A stretch of 64,000 nucleotides of DNA from Gammaproteobacteria bacterium (GTDB taxonomy: Bacteria > Pseudomonadota > Gammaproteobacteria > QZLD01): the NCBI GenBank assembly GCA_033852135.1, contig JAWSVB010000016.1, positions 100,938-164,937 of the forward strand, read 5' to 3'. A model generated the notes under the pieces. The model made no database searches. It was not told the DNA's origin and saw only the letters and a list, made by a program, of their open reading frames with translations. Positions 58,220-64,000 of this stretch are shown in pieces (position 1 is the stretch's first letter; each line of letters starts with the position of its first letter). The translations under genes and the position numbers were made by a program.

Positions 58220-58519
58220 GTGTTATATGCAATAATCAGCTCCGATGTTGCTAACAGCTTACCTCTTAGAAAAACTGCAAGAACAGCTCACCTTGAAAGA
58301 CTAGAGTTACTTCGAGATGAAGGCCGCCTTTTTGTTGCTGGTCCTCATCCAGCTGTTGACTGTGAAGACCCCGGTGAACAAGGCTTCACAGGAAGTTTAG
58401 TAATTGCAGAATTTTCAAGCTTAAATGCTGCCAAAGAATGGGCTGATAAAGACCCGTATATAGATGCTGGCGTATATAAAGAAGTTATCGTAAAGCCATT
58501 TAAAAAAGTTATGCCATAA
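58220..58519 (+). CDS. yciI: YciI-family protein
   Basis: [23 protein letters not shown]. Confidence 0.95.
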   Translation: MLYAIISSDVANSLPLRKTARTAHLERLELLRDEGRLFVAGPHPAVDCEDPGEQGFTGSLVIAEFSSLNAAKEWADKDPYIDAGVYKEVIVKPFKKVMP

Positions 58520-58549
58520 TTAATTAAATTTTAAGTAAAGGACTAAAGA

Positions 58550-59485
58550 ATGAAACACATATCCAAAATTGCTGCTATCTCATTAATCGCTCTATTGCCT
58601 CTTAGTGGGTGTAATAGTAACGAAGAAGGTAAAAAAGAGACTAAGCCTGTAGCTGCAAAAACATCTGAAGCAAAAACACCTGAAACAAAAGCTACAGAAG
58701 TTAAAGCTGCTGAAACTAAACCTATGGAAGAGAAAGCTAAGCCAGCAGCAAGCGTTGAACCAACTTCAGTTGCTGTTGTAAATGGCGTAAAAATTAGCAA
58801 GCTTATGTTTGATAAGCATGCAGAATATAGAACTGGCGGTAAAAAAGTTCAGCTTTCTCCAGACCAGCGTAAAGGTATCCTAGATGAGCTAGTAAGCCTT
58901 GAACTACTAAAGCAAGATGCAATTCAAAAAGAGATTGATAAGCAAGATGATGTTATTGCACTTATTGAAAATCACAAGCGTGGTGCGATCGCCCAAGCAG
59001 GAGTACTTAAACTTAAGCAATCAAATGTAATCTCTGATGAAGATCTACAGAAAAAATATGATGAATACGCAAAAACCAACTCAAATGAATACAATGCAAG
59101 CCACATTCTATTAAAAACTGAAGAAGAAGCTAAAAATGTAATCAAAGAGATCGATGCAGGCGGTACTTTTGCAGAGCTTGCTAAAAAACACTCAGTAGGA
59201 CCAACTGGTAAAAACGGTGGTAACCTTGGATGGTTCGGACCTAAACAAATGGTTAAAGAGTTTAGTGATGCGGTTAAGACATTAACTGTAGGAGCTTATA
59301 CAAAAGAGCCTGTAATGACTAAATTTGGCTGGCACATAATACTTCTTCAAGAAACAAGACCAGCAACTATGGTTCCTTTCGAGCAGATGAAAAAGCAATT
59401 GAGACTTGAAGAGGAAGGAAAAATGATTCAAGACTACCTTGCTAGCCTAAAAGCAAAAAGCAAAGTTGAGATCCTACTTAAGTAG
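58550..59485 (+). CDS. PpiC-type peptidyl-prolyl isomerase lipoprotein
   Basis: Lipobox LSGC, ASHIL, GGNLGWF, FGWHII. Confidence 0.93.
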   Translation: MKHISKIAAISLIALLPLSGCNSNEEGKKETKPVAAKTSEAKTPETKATEVKAAETKPMEEKAKPAASVEPTSVAVVNGVKISKLMFDKHAEYRTGGKKVQLSPDQRKGILDELVSLELLKQDAIQKEIDKQDDVIALIENHKRGAIAQAGVLKLKQSNVISDEDLQKKYDEYAKTNSNEYNASHILLKTEEEAKNVIKEIDAGGTFAELAKKHSVGPTGKNGGNLGWFGPKQMVKEFSDAVKTLTVGAYTKEPVMTKFGWHIILLQETRPATMVPFEQMKKQLRLEEEGKMIQDYLASLKAKSKVEILLK

Positions 59486-59505
59486 AAATCAATTCTAGTT
59501 TTGGT

Positions 59506-59535
59506 GCTCTGGTCATATAAACATATGATCAGAGC
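59506..59535 (+). terminator. Hairpin after the PPIase gene
   Basis: GCTCTGGTCATAT/ATATGATCAGAGC. Confidence 0.55.
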
Positions 59536-59642
59536 TTGTCAATAAAGCTCCAAAATTCATATATTTTCATCTATCACTAGGTTATAGAATTTTGCGACTA
59601 TACATCTTATAATCAAGTCAGTGAGCAACACTGATTGAAGAT

Positions 59643-62084
59643 TTGACGCTAATGGACACAAATAAGCATTTTCGCGAAATAACTAATAACATTCCTGCTG
59701 CTATAGCATATTTGGATAGCAGTTTTAATGTAGTTAATTTCAACAACACTTACTCTCTTTGGTTTGACCTAGATCAATTAGACTATACCCCCAAGCATTT
59801 AAAAGAGATTATTGGCGAAAAAGAATTTGAACAAATAGCATCATATTTAAATAGTGCCATTCAAGGGCAACATCAGAGCTATCAAAGAATTACGATAGCC
59901 AAACATGGCAAGCAACGCCAACTTAATATCGAACTCAATCCACACTATGACGATAATAATCAAGTAATTGGCGTATATGGTATCGCGATGGATGTTTCTG
60001 AGAAGATCTCATCCGATAAAAAAGTAGAAAACCTTTATGCCCAAAATAAAGAGCTATTTAATATATCCAAAAAAGCTCTTGCGGGTATTAACTACCTTGA
60101 ACTAGCCCTAATATCAGTTAACACCATATCTGAATCAATAAATGCAGACTTATGTGAAATTTTTCACTTCAGTGATGACACTCAAGAAATCTTCATTGAT
60201 GCATGTAACGGTTGGGAAAGACAATTTTCATCCGAAAAATTAAATAGATCTGACTTAATCACATCTGCCGGTTTTGACCATGACTTTATCGATGCATCAG
60301 AATCGCATGGAACATCAACATTTACCCTGCAAGGTGTATTAAGTGGATACAGCTGCCCCATCTATATCAAAAATAAAAAATATGGTGTGCTAGGTGTTCA
60401 TTTCAAATCAGATAAGCTTTTTACAGACCAGGAAAAAAACTTCGTACAAACAATTGCCAACCAGCTAGCGTCAGTACTTGAAAGAGAAGCAACCGAATCT
60501 GCATATAGAGATGCAAAAGAGCAGGCAGAAAACGCTAGCAGCGCCAAAACTTCATACCTGGCAAACATGAGCCATGAGATCCGCACCCCCATGAATGGAG
60601 TGATTGGGATGCTTGAACTCCTAAAAGACTCAGGAATGAATGCAAGCCAAGCTGAGTATGTTGAAGTTGCACATCGCTCTGCTGAAAATTTGATGCGTAT
60701 TATTAATAATGTTTTAGATCTTTCTAAGATCGAAGCTGGAAAATTAGAGCTAGAATCAGAAAAATTCAACTTATTTAAAACCATAAGAAACACTACTGAT
60801 TTGTTTATGGGCAGGGCTAAGCAAAAAAATATCACGCTCAATTGCCAGCTATCTGACAATATGCCAATTAACGTAATTGGTGACTCTACAAGAATAGAAC
60901 AGGTAATAACTAACCTACTCAGTAACGCATTAAAGTTTACTGAATTTGGTGAGATAACGGTTTCAGCAAGCTGCAAATGCATTGAAAACATGACAGCTTC
61001 ACTATATTTTGAAGTAAAAGATTCTGGAATAGGTATTTCTGACGAAGGTAAGAAAAAAGTTTTCGAATCCTTTGCTCAAGAAGAAAAATCAACAACAAGA
61101 AAATTTGGCGGAACCGGGCTTGGCCTCTCAATTGTTAAACAACTTGTAGAGCTAATGGGTGGATCCATCAATATAAAAGATAATGATCCACAAGGAGCTT
61201 GTTTTTATTTCACCCTAGAAATCCAAATAGAACCAAGACAGCCTATCCCCGAGCAAAATAAAGAGGAAACTGTTCGCCGACAAAATATCCTAGTTGTTGG
61301 TGAGGATCTATTCCTCGGGCCTGCAATTGGGTGGATAAAGAACTGGGGGGCAGATATTGAAGTTGCCTCATCTGGTCTGGAAGCAATCTCTATAATCATG
61401 GAGAAACAGAAATCACCAAACCCGATATCAGTAATTGTTTGTAATCATGAATTACCCGGAATGGCATCTGACCAATTTTTTAATCTTTTAGATAAAAACC
61501 CAGATCACTCCTCTATTCGCAGAATTGATATTATTAATGAACCTCAAATTCACAAAACTGACCAATCAGCTAATAACGTAATATCAATAGAATTAAATGA
61601 AGAATCAATTTTTAATGCATTGGCTAATACTCCCGTTGCAGCTCCGCAACCTGTGGTTCAACATCATGGACACCTAGATCAACAAAGCCATGCCAATAGA
61701 ATATTAATAGCTGAAGACAATCCAGTTAATCAAAAAGTAACATCAGATACTCTGAAGAAACTAGGTTATGACGTTATTGTTGCTAACAATGGTCGTGAAG
61801 CCTTTGAAGAGTTCAAAAACAGTCACTTCGATGCAATACTAATGGATTGCCAGATGCCTATCATGGATGGATATGAAGCAACAGAGGCAATCCGTGATTA
61901 TGAATCCCCTTTGGGCAAGCATACACCTATTATTGCTGCTACAGCTCATGCAATGCGCGGTGACAGAGAAAAATGCATTGAGGCAGGAATGGATGACTAT
62001 CTTTCCAAGCCTATTCGAATGATGGCATTAAAAGAGAAAATTGAAGAGTGGTTATCTGGAGAAGATAAATCTCAGCTGCTTTGA
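59643..62084 (+). CDS. Cytoplasmic hybrid histidine kinase (PAS, GAF, HisKA, HATPase, degenerate REC, REC)
   Basis: ANMSHEIRTPMNG, GGTGLGL, DCQMP; the first REC has N in place of the phospho-Asp (VCNHELP). Confidence 0.92.
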   Translation: MTLMDTNKHFREITNNIPAAIAYLDSSFNVVNFNNTYSLWFDLDQLDYTPKHLKEIIGEKEFEQIASYLNSAIQGQHQSYQRITIAKHGKQRQLNIELNPHYDDNNQVIGVYGIAMDVSEKISSDKKVENLYAQNKELFNISKKALAGINYLELALISVNTISESINADLCEIFHFSDDTQEIFIDACNGWERQFSSEKLNRSDLITSAGFDHDFIDASESHGTSTFTLQGVLSGYSCPIYIKNKKYGVLGVHFKSDKLFTDQEKNFVQTIANQLASVLEREATESAYRDAKEQAENASSAKTSYLANMSHEIRTPMNGVIGMLELLKDSGMNASQAEYVEVAHRSAENLMRIINNVLDLSKIEAGKLELESEKFNLFKTIRNTTDLFMGRAKQKNITLNCQLSDNMPINVIGDSTRIEQVITNLLSNALKFTEFGEITVSASCKCIENMTASLYFEVKDSGIGISDEGKKKVFESFAQEEKSTTRKFGGTGLGLSIVKQLVELMGGSINIKDNDPQGACFYFTLEIQIEPRQPIPEQNKEETVRRQNILVVGEDLFLGPAIGWIKNWGADIEVASSGLEAISIIMEKQKSPNPISVIVCNHELPGMASDQFFNLLDKNPDHSSIRRIDIINEPQIHKTDQSANNVISIELNEESIFNALANTPVAAPQPVVQHHGHLDQQSHANRILIAEDNPVNQKVTSDTLKKLGYDVIVANNGREAFEEFKNSHFDAILMDCQMPIMDGYEATEAIRDYESPLGKHTPIIAATAHAMRGDREKCIEAGMDDYLSKPIRMMALKEKIEEWLSGEDKSQLL

Positions 62085-62161
62085 CATATTTTCCTAAGAC
62101 AAATCCTCAAGACAAAGCCCCAAGCAAAACAGCACATTTTTAAAGCAAAATCATAATTACT

Positions 62162-64000
62162 TTAATAAGCCCATTTATCCAGCAAGTAATCTAAGGATTT
62201 TTTACGAATAGGTTTTGGTAAGTGATCATCCATACCCGCTGCTGCACAACGTTCCTTATCCTCTTTTAGCACACTAGCAGTTAAAGCGACAATTGGTGTG
62301 TGCTTAATTTTTCCAGCACCTTCCATCTCTCTGATTACCTTTGTTGCAGTGTATCCATCCATGATAGGCATCTGACAATCCATCAGAATTAAGTTGTATT
62401 CGTTGATTGCTATTTTATCAACAGCTTCTTTACCATTTACTGCAATATCAACATCACAAAGAGCTAAATCCAGCAAACCAATAGCAACTTGCTGATTAAT
62501 AATATTATCTTCCACTAGCAAAACTTTTTTACGCTCAGAAACGTTAGCCTCAAAAGTTTTAAATGAGTCTGGTCGTTCTTGATATTTATCAACTAAGTCT
62601 TTATTAATACCAGTTAATAACTGATGTGGATAAATTGGAGCGATAAGGAATAGATCTGCTCCGGCAGCCATCATTTGCGCCTTAGCATCAGCAGAGCTGT
62701 CAGTCCCAATATAAATTATATTTATTTTATCAATTGAATGCCTGTGCTTAATACCAGAACAAAGCTCCAAACACTTCTCAAAACTATCTGGGTTATCAAG
62801 TATAACTAAATCAAAGTGTCTGCTCTCTTTCTGAGCCAATAATAATTCATTTATAACTAAACTAGTATTACGCAATACAGTAAGATTTGCCCCCCATGGA
62901 ACAACCATCTGTTCCAAACCAGCAACTGTTTTTTCTTCATTTTCAACCAGAAGAATTCTTGATTCTCGCAAGTCAGGAGTGGAAACCTCTTTCACCAATT
63001 GTGATTCAGAACTTTCTAAATACAGGGTAAACCAGAATATACTTCCTGAACCTGGATTAGATTTAACACCTATCTCACCATTAAACATCTCAACAATTTG
63101 GCGGCAAATAGCCAATCCAAGACCTGTTCCACCAAAATTCCTGGTTGTTGATTCATCAGCTTGGGAGAATGAATCAAAAATAGTGTTTTGAACCTGTTGA
63201 GATATACCTATACCAGTATCTGAAATACTAAAAAGTAATTTATTAGTGTTATTTATACGGCTTTCAAGTTCAACTTTAACCCCTACTTCACCCGATGAAG
63301 TAAACTTTAAAGCATTACTAAGCAAGTTATTAATCACCTGCCAAATTCGAGTTGGGTCACCAATAAGGTTCGCTGGAATATCCTCCCCTATCTGGGAAGT
63401 TAGCAGTACGCCCTTCTCGGTAGCATCTTTATAGTGAAGCTGGAGAATATCATCAATAAGATGAAATAGATCAAAGTCGATATTTTCTAACGACAGCTTA
63501 CCAGCCTCAATTTTTGAGAAGTCCAAAATATTATTAATAAGGGAAAGAAGCGCCTCACCAGAAGAGCTTGCAACCTTTAGATATTCATCTTGTTCAAAGC
63601 TTGTATTAGTTTCTTTAAGCAAAGTAATCATACCGAGTATGCCATTAAGCGGTGTTCTAAGCTCATGCGACATATTTGCTACGAATAGACTTTTTGCTTT
63701 TGCTGCATTCTCAGCCACATCTTTAGAAAGCTGTAATTCATCTACAAGCTTACGGAGATACTCACTTTTACGGTTAAGCTCATCTTTTTGAATCTCCTTT
63801 TGCATACTACCAGCAGTGGAATCAATAAACAGACGGATCTCTTCAATTTCTTGGTGGCTAAGATTCAAACTTCTTGATTGGGAAAAAAGATGGATAACAC
63901 CAATTGTTTCATTCTGCTGCAAAACAGGAACGATTAAATTATCAATAACACCTAAATATTCAATGACTTCACGGTCAACATCAGGGATATTATCAAAACT
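62162..64000 (-). CDS. Hybrid histidine kinase (GAF, HisKA, HATPase, 2 REC), 5' end outside the window
   Basis: [18 protein letters not shown]; frame stays open from 63922 to 64000 ([27 protein letters not shown]). Confidence 0.92.
   Translation of the reverse strand, partial: SFDNIPDVDREVIEYLGVIDNLIVPVLQQNETIGVIHLFSQSRSLNLSHQEIEEIRLFIDSTAGSMQKEIQKDELNRKSEYLRKLVDELQLSKDVAENAAKAKSLFVANMSHELRTPLNGILGMITLLKETNTSFEQDEYLKVASSSGEALLSLINNILDFSKIEAGKLSLENIDFDLFHLIDDILQLHYKDATEKGVLLTSQIGEDIPANLIGDPTRIWQVINNLLSNALKFTSSGEVGVKVELESRINNTNKLLFSISDTGIGISQQVQNTIFDSFSQADESTTRNFGGTGLGLAICRQIVEMFNGEIGVKSNPGSGSIFWFTLYLESSESQLVKEVSTPDLRESRILLVENEEKTVAGLEQMVVPWGANLTVLRNTSLVINELLLAQKESRHFDLVILDNPDSFEKCLELCSGIKHRHSIDKINIIYIGTDSSADAKAQMMAAGADLFLIAPIYPHQLLTGINKDLVDKYQERPDSFKTFEANVSERKKVLLVEDNIINQQVAIGLLDLALCDVDIAVNGKEAVDKIAINEYNLILMDCQMPIMDGYTATKVIREMEGAGKIKHTPIVALTASVLKEDKERCAAAGMDDHLPKPIRKKSLDYLLDKWAY

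Overview
AT-rich chromosomal window from a Gammaproteobacterium, judged from ppsA/ppsR, A2M-pbpC, srkA, rluB-scpB-scpA-trpS and yciB-yciI. The left end (about 1-7350) is an accessory region next to tRNA-Ser(GGA): P4-like integrase, a Trp-motif hypothetical, a YagK/YfjJ (inovirus Gp2-like) HUH protein, AlpA, RadC, a membrane/PG-binding protein and a WYL regulator. At the window edge, missed by the ORF track, are the first 24 codons of a type I-F cas1. Cas1 is preceded by a candidate WYL operator/promoter (TGACAC-N10-TAAAAT) and three different REP hairpins. Next come a Desulfovibrio-like orp cluster with an OrpR-like sigma54 activator, visible -24/-12 promoter and UAS; ppsA/ppsR; and A2M-pbpC followed by a variable cassette region. 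That region holds a TA pair, a RAYT remnant, a second allele of the pbpC 3' end and a Sel1 gene. Further on are a PhaC-like plus nucleosidase-like pair, a LuxI/FeeM-like GNAT, a hybrid kinase lacking its phospho-His, a motif-degenerate trifunctional propionyl-CoA synthase homologue, and core genes with a rhomboid before trpS. All family assignments come from motifs recognised by eye; no database searches were run.
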